Part shown: piece after piece, positions 1 to 13,532 of the stretch | How the letters are laid out: every line of letters begins with the position of its first letter | Numbering within the stretch: the stretch's first letter is position 1 | From: Chrysomallon squamiferum | Taxonomy: Eukaryota; Animalia; Mollusca | Assembly (NCBI GenBank): GCA_012295275.1 | Contig: CM022669.1 | Span: forward strand, 9,362,001 to 9,426,000 | Direction: 5' to 3' | DNA: 64,000 nucleotides | Program-made: the position numbers and the translations under genes | Notes under the pieces: generated by a model | The model's database searches: none | Told to the model about the DNA's origin: nothing | Seen by the model: the letters and a program-made list of their open reading frames with translations, nothing else

Positions 1-239
1 AGAGCACTGTAAATATTTAGAATGTTGAAAATGTTTTTCTCTTAGGAAACTAATTAAAATGTGTTGCTATGGAATCTGCCTCATGACAACCGATGAACTG
101 TGTTGGAGAATTCAAATATCACAAGCATAGCAGAAATACCAACTTTAATATATCTTTATTACTGCCTGAAAATATCCTCTGTGTTTACTTTTTATTTACT
201 TTTTTATTTTGCTATTTAAAAATGAAAAGAAATGATAGA

Positions 240-304
<65 letters not shown>

Positions 305-1147
305 GGAATGGACAAAAACTATAATAAAATATTAAAGCTTAAATCATTTAAGTTAAATAATGAAATAAAATAAAATAAATAAATAACTAAAAAAACAAAA
401 TGTTTTAAAAAAGAGCAAATAAGCTTAAATCTATTTTTGGCAATTGACATCAATTGGAACAATTAATATGACATTATCTTTAATCTAGAAAACAAAGTAC
501 TGCCCTAGGGTTGGGTGTGGATAATAGGGTTTTAATCAGAACACTGAAAGATAAAATATATAATGAGAACCCTTTGGCAATCATTTGAACAGAAGACACT
601 TGAGAAGACAAAAGAACAATGCATGGTTTAAACAACAAAAAATGTGTTGTTTTGTGTAAATATTGATGTGTTTGTTAGACAAAAGAATGTGTTACTCCTG
701 TTGTTGTTTGTGAACAGGGGGGTGAAAGGAGGGGGTGGAATAAGAGGATGGTGATAATGTCTGACACCACTAGGAAGATGAGAATAGCAGCTAAGAAACA
801 AAACAAAATGTCACAAGAGAGAGACAAAGGTTAATCATTTAATTTTAATTATGAAAGAGAGAGAAAAAAAAAGAAAGAAGAGAAAAGAAAAGGAGAGAAA
901 AGATAAAACTCAAATTTAAATAAGAGAAAGAAATAACTGACTTAAATAATGAAAGATAATAAATTAATAAAAATGTGTACTGGGGAGGTGTAAAAACTGA
1001 TATATTTAAATGAATTTTAAACAAAATTAAACTAAAAAAAGAAGGGGTATAACTTGCGTGGTGGTGGTGGATATAATTTTAACATGAATAATTCTAATTA
1101 TAAATTATAAATGGTAATCCGATTCTGATCACTAGCAGTCCACACAA

Positions 1148-1178
<31 letters not shown>

Positions 1179-1267
1179 ATGTCAAACGATTAAAATAAAT
1201 AAAAACCTGCTTGACACTGACAAGTTAAAAAGGGTAACAAAGTAGTACACAGTAACACAAGCAGTTC

Positions 1268-1395
1268 TTTACACTTTTACATCAAATAACACTTTTACAC
1301 ACACACAACACAAAGTGCTTTTACATCAAATATACTTTACACACAAACTCTTTTACATCAAATATACTTTACACACACACACTCTTTTACATCAG
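1268..1395. repeat. Degenerate ~30-50-bp tandem repeat (cttttacatcaaatatactttacacaca)
   Basis: ttttacatca recurs about four times. Confidence 0.8.
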
Positions 1396-1608
1396 CAGCC
1401 AATAGCAAATATAGTTTACAAACACACACAGACACTAGAGATATATCACAAGTCATAGACTATATGTTACAAAAGAAGATTCAGGAAATATTTATAGGTA
1501 ATAGTTTCGAAATTAAAGGAAATAAAACAATTCTTCTTGTGGACAGGTACCTTAAAAATTTTTAAATACATTTCATCATTTTGAGCTGGTTGTTTAAATC
1601 TTTGCTGC

Positions 1609-1639
<31 letters not shown>

Positions 1640-1722
1640 TTTTTTTCCCCTTTCTCTGTACACCTCAGTCAACACCCCAAAGACTACACCTGTTACCTAA
1701 TAATGTGACAAATTGTGTTTAC

Positions 1723-1810
1723 CTTGGTGGGGCCCAGTCATGTTTTGTAGCATCCAGCAAAGTTCCAACGTACGTTTTTCCTCTCCAGGTAACATTGACT
1801 ACCAAAACAC
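1723..1810 (-). CDS. ZNF608/ZNF609: ZNF608/ZNF609/scribbler-family transcriptional coregulator, coding exon 3 (gene continues beyond window start)
   Basis: Acceptor tttattacag| at 1811-1812 and donor AG|gtaaac at 1721-1722; 88 nt, phase 1 to 2; encodes (G)[28 protein letters not shown](R), the hallmark conserved block of ZNF608/609/sbb. Missed by the ORF track. Confidence 0.96.
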
Positions 1811-1852
1811 CTGTAATAAATGAATTAGTATTAATAAATTAGTGTCAGAAAT

Positions 1853-1854
<2 letters not shown>

Positions 1855-1939
<85 letters not shown>
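1855..1939. repeat. (AG)n microsatellite
   Basis: Pure dinucleotide run; one of dozens in the window. Confidence 0.98.
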
Positions 1940-1941
<2 letters not shown>

Positions 1942-2246
1942 CAAAATCAAAAGGAAACATTCTCTATTAATAATTGTTTGTCATTTTGATATTCTCGAAA
2001 TAAAAATAATAACTGATTGAAAAACATTAAGAATAATATCTGTTTAAAAATTATATAAATATATAAAATTTAAATAAAAAATAATCATAGAAAAAAATGA
2101 AAAAAAACAAACAAAAACAGCTGTAATTATTATTTTAATTTCCTTTAATATCTTTGGTTTATGTTGTTAAAACCTTTTTACCCAGTCATTTAACTACATT
2201 AACATTAAGAATAACATCTGTTTAAAAAAATAAAACACTAAATAAA

Positions 2247-2290
<44 letters not shown>

Positions 2291-3097
2291 ATATATACAC
2301 ATACATACGTGGCATATTAAACAGTATCAATAAAATTTGTTATAAAAGTCATAAATGTTGTTTTTGTTCTTTTTAAATAAATAAATAAAAAAATAATTCA
2401 ACAAAAAAGATAAAAGATAAAAAGCAATATCAACTATAAATGTCAGATTAATGAGTTTAAAACATTAAAAAAAAAGTAAAATGGAGTGTTTAAAATTAAA
2501 TTTAACAAATTCCAAAAATATTGTTCAGTTAGTTATATAAAACTTTAAAGAAATAATAAAAAAACTGATGATAATAATAATTTAAAAAATATAAATAAAT
2601 AAAATAAAGTAAAAAAAAAAAAAAAAACTCAAACAAGAACAATAATAATAAAAATATTATTATTACTACTACTAATACCATCATTATGATCATCATCATT
2701 ATTATTAATACCAGTAGTGTTATCCTAATTTACAATGAAATACAAATTTATTAGCTAATAATGTTTTCTACTTAACAGACAACTCATAAACCTCTCTGAT
2801 ACTATTCTGATAACAAAGGAACAAAAAGATGATCAGAAAATATGATGTAATAACAATGCATGAAAAAACACAGCAAAAGTAAAATCTTTATACCAAGTCC
2901 AGTCGCTGTTAATGGAAGATTTATCAAATGTCCAGCATCAGCAACATGAATTAGGTCAAATAAACAATCAAGGCAGACTGAGGTGCACTTGTACGTTAAT
3001 ATTTTAAAAAATCATATTGAATTTATAAAAGCAATAGTAATAACAACAACAACAATAAAAATAATAATAATAATAATATTTAACTTTCTCCACTCAC

Positions 3098-3254
3098 CAT
3101 TTTCAGTTTCATGCCAGACTATTCCTTCCAGCATGACACTAGTGCCTGGTTCACAGGGCCCAAGGCATTCTGGGTCTGTTGCCGTGCCAACTGTTGATGT
3201 ATCTACAGCAACATCATGACACTCTAACTGCATTGGAGATGATGCAGTTTCCAC
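3098..3254 (-). CDS. ZNF608/ZNF609: ZNF608/ZNF609/scribbler-family, coding exon 2
   Basis: Acceptor tttcag| at 3255-3256 and donor G|gtgagt at 3096-3097; 157 nt, phase 0 to 1; ...[27 protein letters not shown](G) matches family motif [19 protein letters not shown]; splices in frame to exon 3. Confidence 0.96.
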
Positions 3255-4847
3255 CTGAAATAAAAACAAAACAAAAATTATTTATTGTAATAGTTGTGAC
3301 AGATGCCACGTAGTATATTATCAGTGTGTCCATATTTCTGTGGCTATACAATATGTATATATGCATGAATGCTTGCATCATGCGTGTATGGATGTGTGTA
3401 TGTATGTATGTATGTATGTATGTATATGTGCATATATGTATGTATGTATGTATGTATGTATATGTGCATATATGTATGTATGTATATCTGTAATGTGTCT
3501 GTGTGTAAGTGTGTGTGTGTACACGTGTCACAAAACACTGATGAGTTTTAAGAAAGTAAACACTTAACTTACATAAATAAAAACAAAGTTTCAATAAGTA
3601 ACGAATGTCAGTTTCAAAATAATAGACTGTATTTTGGCTGTTTTGTTGTTAATGAAAATGAAAAGAATCCATGAAAAAACAAATTCAGTCTAAAAAAAAA
3701 CGCTGAAAGTTTAGAATTTTCAAATTTATGTCAAATGTCAGGAGTTTTAAAGAATTACTGATCCACTTTGAAAAAACAAAAATAAAAATGTAAAAAAAAA
3801 AAAAAGTTTTCAATCCATGATCCTAACTGTAGTAAATTAATTTTTAAATGTTGGAAAATCTGAAGCAACGAAGATAAAATAAGATGAATTGAAAAGACAG
3901 TGAAAATTGTCAAAAAAAAATCCTTAATTTCTTTTACATAAAAATAAAAATAAAATATTACTTTTAATATCTGATGTCACTAGAAAGACATGAACTCACT
4001 GTCTACAAGTAAGTGTTAACATCACACATATATCAATTCACTGTCAATGGTTTTTCTATTTATACGCTTCAGTGAACACGAACACAATGGGCTTATTAGG
4101 ATAAGTATAGTTTGTCAAACATCCCTCTTATTTCACACATGACTGCGCGCATTGATGGCAGATCAACCGTAACCACATGGGAAAACTAAATCGTGTGGTG
4201 TGAGTTTAATTGACAACAAATCACAGATGAATACAATACACATCTGACAGGCGGTTTTTTTTTCTAACTTCTCCGAGTAAAGAGTCAGTCAATCAATTAG
4301 CCAGTGGGAAGCTTTGTTACAAAATATAATATTTTAGTTTTTTTTTTCTTTTTTGTCCCTCTTCTTTGTTTTATCATGTTTTTAGCTTTTTAATTTTAGT
4401 TTTATTTAAAAACTCTATATATAATATTGTTATATTTTTAGTTTCAATTCAAGAAAGAGTTTACAGTTAATTATAAGAAATATTTATTCATAAACCCCCC
4501 CACCTCCTGCTGCACAGACAGATATAGACACACATACAAACGTTCACAAGTTAATGTGTAACTGTGTATGTGTGTCTCTCTCTCGGTTTGTGTGTTTTTT
4601 GTAAGTGCCACTGTGATTACACATTCACCTATACTTAGCTCAGAATTTCGTTTTAGTTTATTAATCGCAGTATTAAGAGAAGATTATAAAAGTATTTTGA
4701 AACCTAATTCTGTACCAAGCAAGCAAGCACACCAATCAATACTATTTACAACGTCCCAGATTTTTTGTTTCCGTTGTATTTATTTTATACGAGTTTTAAA
4801 CAGAGACCAAAATATAAAAGAAAAGAAACCATTGCCGCAAGTAGCTA

Positions 4848-4886
<39 letters not shown>

Positions 4887-4919
4887 ATTTACAATTTTTT
4901 TGTTTTTAAATTTACAAAC

Positions 4920-5516
4920 CTTTTCTAATTTGATTTTTTTCACCGGCAGGCCAATCCCGTCTTCCACTTTGGCGTTGAACTCGTAGGGGTCTGGGACGGG
5001 CTGTTCCCGCTTTATCTGGACCGTGTCCGCCACTTTGGGCTCCATGGAAACCTGACTGAAAAGTACATCCAGCCCATTGCTGACGCTGCTGGCCGATGTG
5101 GATGCCGACGAACAACTTGTCCCACCACCGCCGCCATTCGCCAAACTCTCCATCTTAACTTTGTCCTTTGCTGCTTTCTCCTTTTTATGTGTCACCTTCA
5201 CCTTGGGTGACTTGTCTTTGTCTATTTGGGGGGACTGTTTCACACTTTTATCCATTTGTGTCGTGGCCCCTGCTCCGTTAGAAGCACAACTTTGCACACT
5301 GCTGTTACCGCAGCCGCTGCCGCCGCCGTTGTTGTTGCTGTTGCTAGCGGAATCGGTTACTGACGCTGTCGTGGCCGACTTCGTCCCTTCTTTTTCCGAC
5401 TTGGCGTTGTTGTCCTGCGATTTACTTCCATGGTCGTTTTTCTGGTTTATTCCTTTCCTTTTAATCTTCATTTTTAACCCTCTGTCAACGGTAGAAGTGT
5501 GTTCAATAGAATTCAT
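4920..5516 (-). CDS. ZNF608/ZNF609: ZNF608/ZNF609/scribbler-family, first coding exon (199 codons)
   Basis: ATG at 5516 with an in-frame TGA three codons upstream; EHTSTVDRGLKMKIKRK resembles the scribbler N-terminal motif; ends KKIKLEK|gtttgt (phase 0), in frame with exon 2; GC-richer than flanks. Confidence 0.9.
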
Positions 5517-5629
5517 TTTTTCTCACACATACAGAGGGGAGGTGAACACGCACATACGCACAACAATATAGTATTGTCATCCCCCAGCTTGACAAGCCAG
5601 AGCCTGGGAATATTACTATTGGTGGGCAT
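5513..5629 (-). other. 38-aa upstream ORF whose TGA overlaps the main ATG (ATGA)
   Basis: MPTNSNIPRLWLVKLGDDNTILLCVCACSPPLCMCEKK*; stop at 5515-5513, main start at 5516-5514. The ORF is certain; its translation is not. Confidence 0.45.
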
Positions 5630-5900
5630 TCAAAAGGTTTTCAAAGAATATCATTTATTTCCTTTAAGAAGTGTAGATGTGATTTTTTCAATTCGAAAAA
5701 AAAAAAAATTATATATAATAATAAAATAAAACACCAGTGTCCTCAACAAAGAGATAGTGATTTTTCAACACACTTGTATTTCTAAGGTAAGTTGTTGGAA
5801 AACAAACGATCACAAAAAAAGGAAAAACCCTGGAGAACCCAGCTACAGAGGGTTATGTAGTAGATCCAGCTACTGAGGGTAGTAAATCCAGGTCATTTTT
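5517..5900 (-). other. Probable 5' UTR part of the first coding exon of ZNF608/609
   Basis: Good acceptor ttctttcgtacatttcag| at 5901-5902; contains several upstream ATGs. Confidence 0.5.
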
Positions 5901-6136
5901 CTGAAATGTACGAAAGAATGTTAAACAGAGTAGCTCATTTCTGCTCGTGATAATGTACTTAGCACGAACTACAACAATGTTTATATGAAATGCAACACTG
6001 TGAAACAGAACAATGGTATATGAAATTTACATACGAAAATAAGAAATTCTCTTTTATTTTTTTTTTTTTTTCAAATTTACTTCCCTCTTTCCTTTTCTAT
6101 CTGTTTTTCCTTTTTCTTCCTTTTTTTTTTTTGTTG

Positions 6137-6181
<45 letters not shown>

Positions 6182-6629
6182 ATTATTATAAAATAGAAAT
6201 GTAAAGCGGTATTTCGAAGTGTTCTGACAACTGTTATAAACAACTTTATCTTATCTAGTTTTATTTATCGCATCTTTATAGGTTTATTGTAACTGTTAGA
6301 ATAATGTAGATAAAACCAACAGATATTTAGAATCTAACAACATTTAATAAATATATATTAGTTATGAGTTGTGTATATGTATGTATGTATGTTTGTCTGA
6401 TTAGATCAGGCCCATATAATCACTATATATATATATATATATATGCGCCAGTATATTTTTATTCACCTGTGTATGTATGTTTATCCAACTGTCATTTGTA
6501 AATGTATTTTGAATATGTATATTTAAGTTAATTGTTGAAATAAAAAGCCCAATATTGTATGATTTGACAAATATTCATACATTGTTTATTGATTATATGT
6601 TATCTATGTATCTAGAGTACTGAATGTTG

Positions 6630-6698
<69 letters not shown>

Positions 6699-6871
6699 AA
6701 AGATATTTGTCAAATATTTATACAAGAACATGATAAACAACCTATTGTGGAATAGCAATATTAGTTAGTTTAGTAAAAGACTCAACAAACTGTACTATAT
6801 ATATATATAATATATATAAATATATATATATATATATATGAAAAACCACGGCAACTATGTTACGTACTTAC

Positions 6872-6934
6872 CAGCTGTCCAAATTAATTTAAATCTAAAA
6901 GTATGTAGTGAACAAACTGAAATTTTAAGACCCA
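6872..6934 (-). other. Candidate 63-nt non-coding cassette exon
   Basis: Acceptor tatttatttcag| at 6935-6936 and consensus donor CTG|gtaagt at 6870-6871. Confidence 0.3.
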
Positions 6935-7349
6935 CTGAAATAAATATAAGTGAATCTGTTGGAGATAGATAGCCTGTCCTTCTGAGGTTTCATTTCTTGT
7001 CGTGAAAGTACTGTCATTTCATCTGATCTGATCTCTCTCACCACCACTGTCCCCCTCCCCACCCAGATATTTCAGAACTATGACGTATTTCCTGTGTCTA
7101 AAACAGTGTCAACCGTTTCAAAGATTTTTTTAAAGTTATCAACAGCTGCTCAGCTGTGAATGTTATGACTATATTGCAGTACATAACCGCTTACTAAATT
7201 TAGAAACTGGAATGGGTTTGGCACAGACGTACAAATATTTAAATAAAATGAAATGAAATGAAATGATGAAAAGCAAAAGAAAAAGGAAAAGGATTCATTA
7301 AAAGATAGGTGTATGTGTGTATGTGTGTGTGAATGAATGAATGAATGAA

Positions 7350-7408
<59 letters not shown>

Positions 7409-7903
7409 ATATATAATATATATATATATACATACACATATATATAACATACATACACACAAAATCTGTATACAATGTACAATACATATTTATTTATTTC
7501 ATTATTTAAAAAAAAAAAAAAAAAAACAACGAAATAAAAAAAAAAAATAATAAAAATAAAATAAAAAATAAATTTGTTTTAATGTTCATGCACACTAGCC
7601 TGTTTCATCTACACGTAATTCAGCCGAACTGAAACGCTTTGCCTCGATTAAATTTAATCATTAATAATTGCAATGTGATATTGATCGACACGGAACACGG
7701 ATGTTAAAATACTGTCTTTTTTTTTTTTTTTTTTTTTTTTTATCGATCGTTGTTAAGTGCAATTCATATTAGTGAGTATTACTGAATTAAGTAAATAAAT
7801 TGTTTTAATCGCAACTGAAAACAATATTATTTTATTTGTTTATTTAATTAAAGAAGTGAAGATCATTATGAAGTACAATGTAATGCAAGATTTTAAAAAA
7901 TGT

Positions 7904-7934
<31 letters not shown>

Positions 7935-8165
7935 ATTATAATTTAATGAAAATCAAACCACATTCTATCTCGACGTTTGACTGCTATACAAGATTAAAAA
8001 ATTCATTTATGACTAAAAATGTCATTGATATTATCCTTTTATTTTATTTTATTTTATTTTATTTTATTATAAATTTATTTTCACTCGATTTATTCTTAAT
8101 CCAACACAACTAGCTTTTCAAAATGGTGAAATAAACGTTTCAGGGATAACATTTTATAAAAAAAA

Positions 8166-8204
<39 letters not shown>

Positions 8205-8501
8205 AATAAATAATTATACAAACCACTTCATTGTAGAATCTTTGTTTTACATCCAGTTCATATATAGAAGTATGTACATCCTGCATGTATGTAAATCCAT
8301 AGCACAAAATGTATATAATCCATGATCACAGGAGTACACGGTATTTACAACAAAAAAAAAAAGTACTTCCAATCCTACGTTGTTACAAAGCAGAAAGAAC
8401 GAAAACACTAATAATAATAATCCACAATCTTCCACGTTCTCTCTCTCTCTCTCGTCTGCTCGGTTACATACTAAACGTGTACAATTCGCTCACACACAAA
8501 C

Positions 8502-8717
8502 CTTTCCTCGCCACTATTTTGCCTTTGTTCGACTTCACCAACGTGATTGACGGGTCTTTGCTTTCATTGCCTTGGCCCAAGCTCCGCCCACTTGAGCCGC
8601 GGGTGGTCACAGTCGGTCAATGGGTTCACGGCTTGTAATGAAATATGTCTTCCGTTCCTCGCCAGTGTTGCGTGACGGGAATGTGTGTTGACTGTGGCGC
8701 GAAATAGTTGACGTCTG
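8502..8717 (-). other. Candidate 5' UTR exon of ZNF608/609 (216 nt)
   Basis: Long poly-T tract plus ttgtag|cag NAGNAG acceptor; donor AAG|gtttgt; GC/CpG-rich island; stops in all three minus frames. Confidence 0.5.
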
Positions 8718-8961
8718 CTACAATTAACAAAAAAAAAAAAAAAAAACGAAATCGAATAAAAATGTAACTCATTTGTTAAAACATTAATAAATAAATAACA
8801 ATTATATATATACACACACACATACATATACACATACATATATATATATATATATATAGATATATACACATACAAACAAATACGTATATATATATAAATG
8901 TTTTACATATGTATGTATGTATGCATGCACGTATGTATACACATATACACTCACACATATA

Positions 8962-9012
<51 letters not shown>

Positions 9013-9390
9013 ATAAGTAACATTATGCAGTTTAAGGTCATTTATAAATTACAAAAATAAAACTAAAACCATTTATTAAAAAGAACTTTACAAATACTGA
9101 AACAATAAAGTTTATCAGTGTCAAAATGTACTTTAATAAACAAATGTTTATTGCGTTCCACATTTTTTTTTTCTCTCCTTGTGTTTAAAAAATAACTATA
9201 TTAGGGAGCATTTATTCGTGTGTAATCAATGGTGGTATAATGTTAAAAGCAATGAAATAAATTACATGCGTTGGTTGACACTGTTAACTCTGCGCGCGCT
9301 GAAATCGATTACGCGACAAGCTTAGTCCGTGCAGTTTCCCGCAAACATATTTTTCTCTTCTTATTCGCCATCGCTAAGTGGTGTGTAATT

Positions 9391-9468
<78 letters not shown>

Positions 9469-10160
9469 TGTCTCTTTGTTGTGATAAGTTCTATATTTTT
9501 TTTATTATTATTGCTCGTTATTTTGTTTTATTATTGTAAATATAATCACATTTGTTCTCTTCTTTATTGTTGTTGTTGTTGTAATAAATGTTATTTTTTT
9601 GTTATCTTTTTAAAACAAAGTATTTATTTGTTTATTTATTTTTATTATTAGTAGTAGTAATAGTTGTTGTAGTAGCTGTAGTTGTAGTAGTAGTACAGCT
9701 GGTAAACGGGTAACTGTTTATATCTGTATGTACAATGAACATGTGTTTCTTGTGTATAATGTATGTACGTGAACGTAAATGTAGGTAAAATTGGTTTATC
9801 TTATAAACTGTATACGTGTGTAAATAAATGTAAATGTGTTTATATATGTGTCTATTACGTCCTTCCTTCCTTTTCAAGATGTCGACTCAGGTTTACACAG
9901 TCTAAAGTCTGCACAGCACATTCAAAACCTGCCGTAACCATAGCAACGCTCATTCAATTTGCACTAAGTTCGAAGGGTTGACTGTGGCTTTTCTGTTCAG
10001 CGCAGATTTCAGTGTTCTGAAAACACGGCGTTGTTCCAGCTAACATTTCGTCAGCCGTGTTTGTGACAAACATAACAATTTACTGTCACTCTCTCACAAC
10101 GAGGCTGCAGTTTCAGGGGCGAATCGTATTTCAGAAAATAGGCTCTCTCTGTATTTCATT

Positions 10161-10225
10161 ACCTGAAAAAAAAAAAAAAAAAAAAAAGAAGAAAGAGAAG
10201 AAGAAAAAAGACATAAAACTAAGAA
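10161..10225 (-). other. Strong 3' splice site immediately followed by a donor (candidate recursive/ratchet splice site)
   Basis: Minus strand reads long pyrimidine tract ...ttttttttCAG|GTAATG; AG at 10164-10163, GT at 10162-10161. Confidence 0.5.
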
Positions 10226-11463
10226 GAAGAAAGAAAGAAAAATAATTGTCATAATAATAATAAGAAGAAGAAGAAGAAGAAGAAAATTAACCCTTTGAAC
10301 TTTATCACCACCTTTTGGGACCGCCCTTGCAGGTAACCTGTTCGGGGCCCCCCGAGTCACGTCACTGCTTTTTATCAACATTATTTATTGACGATGGCTG
10401 ATTCTGCAAATAACACCCGCATCGGCTTACAGCGGCGTTTAAGACCGAACTGGTTTCCGAGCGGTGCCGAAACATGTGGGTCATTTCCGTTCAGACTGAA
10501 TGAGGAAAACAGCATGTTGCTGTGTGTTCATTTCAGTGAAAAAAGACAAGCACCAGATCGCTAAACCAAACACACACACAGTCTTTATTTTTTTTTTCCC
10601 ATTTTTTCTTTCCCGTTCCCTATTTTTTTTTCTTTTTAAAGTGTTTGGTGGCTGTTTTAAATTAGAGACTAAGATCACTGTTAAGAAGGGTATGCTCAAG
10701 AAAGGACTTTTTTTTTTTTTTTTTTTTTTTATCTTAATTTTATTTTACTTTATTTTTATTAATATTAACATCATCATCATCATCATTTTTATTATTGTTG
10801 TTATTGTTACTGTTGCAGCTGTTGTTGTGATAGATGTTACTAAAATAAAAGTATATTACAAAGATAAAGTTATAAAATATAATGAGCTAAAGATAATAAA
10901 TAAATAAAAAATAAATAAATAAAATGATTATTATATAATGAAAAGGTGTTTGTACATGTGAATATTCATGTTAGTGTTTTCTTTCTTGTAAGTAGCTGTT
11001 TCTATTTCTCTTCATTCTTCTGTAAAGAAAAATATATTGTGTAGACAAAATATATTATACAAAAAAATTTTTGGGGGTTAAGGAGAAAAAAAAAACAGCA
11101 AAATATATATATAAAAAAAAAAAATAAAATTAAAACAAATACTAAAAACTAATGGTTTTTTCCCAACCTGTATAATATACACCCTTAAATCAGTTTTTAT
11201 TTATGGAATCTTCTGAAGCAGACTTTTCGTTCATCATAATTCACTGGCAATAAGAATGTTAAGAAAGATGAGATTTTTGAAGAAATTGGAGATATGGTGG
11301 TTGTACAAAAAAAAAAAAAAAAGAGAAAGAAATGAAAGCAAGATGGGGCTTTATATCGAGATAATTTTTTTGTCAAGGAGCAGCTGAAGACGTGACTGAT
11401 TCATTGCCGTATTATAATGTTTTAAATCCACAGCCACCTCTAAACCTGTTACCTTGGTAACTT

Positions 11464-11527
<64 letters not shown>

Positions 11528-11589
11528 TATTATTATTATATATTATATTATTTTGTTTTATTTTATTTATCCTCTTGTTTTATTTTATT

Positions 11590-11636
<47 letters not shown>

Positions 11637-11739
11637 TCACACACACATCTGGTAGAACGCTTTACAAAATTATTTATTAAAAAAACAACCCCAAAACCCC
11701 CATAAACGAACGTAGATATCATTATTTAATTTTAATATC

Positions 11740-11770
<31 letters not shown>

Positions 11771-11947
11771 AACACTTATCTCAAGTGAATGCATACATCA
11801 CATTTTGTTTATAATTTGTACACAATACACGGGTTATGATATATTATTTTTATCGCGTCTTGTTTTCCTTTCACTGACCGGGTTTGAAATAAACAAGATA
11901 GCAGGCAAGTCCTCGGCTGTAGCAATGATCTGTAGCTAAACGCATTT

Positions 11948-11992
11948 CAGCCAATCAGAGAGCGCGTAGACGCCCGTGGCAGCCAATCAGAG
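11948..11992. promoter_or_regulatory. Tandem NF-Y CCAAT boxes, candidate promoter
   Basis: CAGCCAATCAGAG occurs twice (CCAAT at 11951 and 11983, 32 bp apart) within a CpG-containing island. Confidence 0.5.
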
Positions 11993-12403
11993 CGTTCAAT
12001 TAGGAGATGTCTTGCAAAGCAGAGAGCTATCAACAACAATTAGAAATGAAATTTTATAGCTGTATTCAGTCTACGGCCAAAGACACACACGTCAAACAAT
12101 AGACTTGCTGCTGCAATAGCCCTCGTCCTCAGAGTTGGCAATAGGCCGAGATAAAGAGGCAGTGAATGTCCTGGGGCCCTAATTGGGTTTTATATATTTT
12201 TTTTTTTTTTTTTTTTTTTGTCATGAATTTGTACTGTAATTCGATAGAGAAAAAAGGAAATAAAAAAAATCTTTGTTATTTATTTTACGATCTGTGATGG
12301 GGTTTTATCTCTCATTCTTTATTATTATTATTATTATTATTAATTTCAATAATATTTTTCAATCTATCTGTGTATGAACGCCTGCATATATTGTTTTATT
12401 AGT

Positions 12404-12487
<84 letters not shown>

Positions 12488-13491
12488 GCTTTGAACAAAC
12501 TTTTTTTTTATGATGGTTTCTTTCTTTCTTTATTTTGTTTTTCCTCCCCTCTTCAATCACGTGTTACTTATTCCTTTGCTTTTTTTTCTACTTACACACA
12601 ATTGTGTTATTGTAATTGGCGTTGAAGAAAGAAACAAGAATATATATATAAAGAAGAAATAAGGAAAAGGAACAAATATATAAATAAAAAAAAAAAAAGA
12701 GAGAAAAAGTAATATGACTAAATTTTATAATTTTTAAATAGATTTTAATCTACTTCTTCCATAGTTCATTTAAATAGTCTGTAATAATTATTTTAAACTC
12801 ACACAGTCCTAACATATGAAAATAATTATTTTAAAACGAGTGAAATCAGATCGGAATGGCTGTTAATTTCACTGGTGTCTGAAAATGTAATTTACAGAGA
12901 ACAGCGATATCGACAAAACCTGCACGTTCGTAAATATCTTACAAGACCTGAAACCTCTGGCAAAATAGCACTACCCTGCGTAGCGTGGTATTCATTATTC
13001 GCACAGAAACGTTTTCTTTTACAAGTGTTGTCGATGTTTCAGAGAGCTGCAAGCCTTCTGTTAGTGTTTATATTTCCTTACTCTTTTTTTTTTTTTTTTC
13101 TTTTTTTGTGTTACTTTTCTTCATTTATTTTTCTTTTCTATATTTCTTTTTTTTTCTTTTTTATTATTATTATTTTATTGTTTGTTTTCCTTTTCTTTTT
13201 TTTTTCTTTCTTTTTTCCTTTTCTCTATCTTTTAATCTCCTCTTTATCTTCTTAATTTTGTCTTCCTTTTGTAAACTGAGAAAAAAAGTTTAAAAAGAAA
13301 ATTAATATGTGAAATTAATTTGGTATTAAACTAAGTAAGCTTGTTTATCGGATTGCACTTAAAGACATGTATTATTGCATAGCTGCATATTCATGTACAT
13401 ATGGTATTACTATTACCTTCATTTTATGACCCGCGATCGATATGTAATTTAAATTTTATATTAGTTAAATCCATATTTTCTTTTTTTTAAA

Positions 13492-13532
<41 letters not shown>

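Noticed and set aside
5077-5571. 164-aa plus-strand ORF
   Set aside because: Antisense shadow of the ZNF608/609 coding exon; non-ATG start and no recognisable motif.
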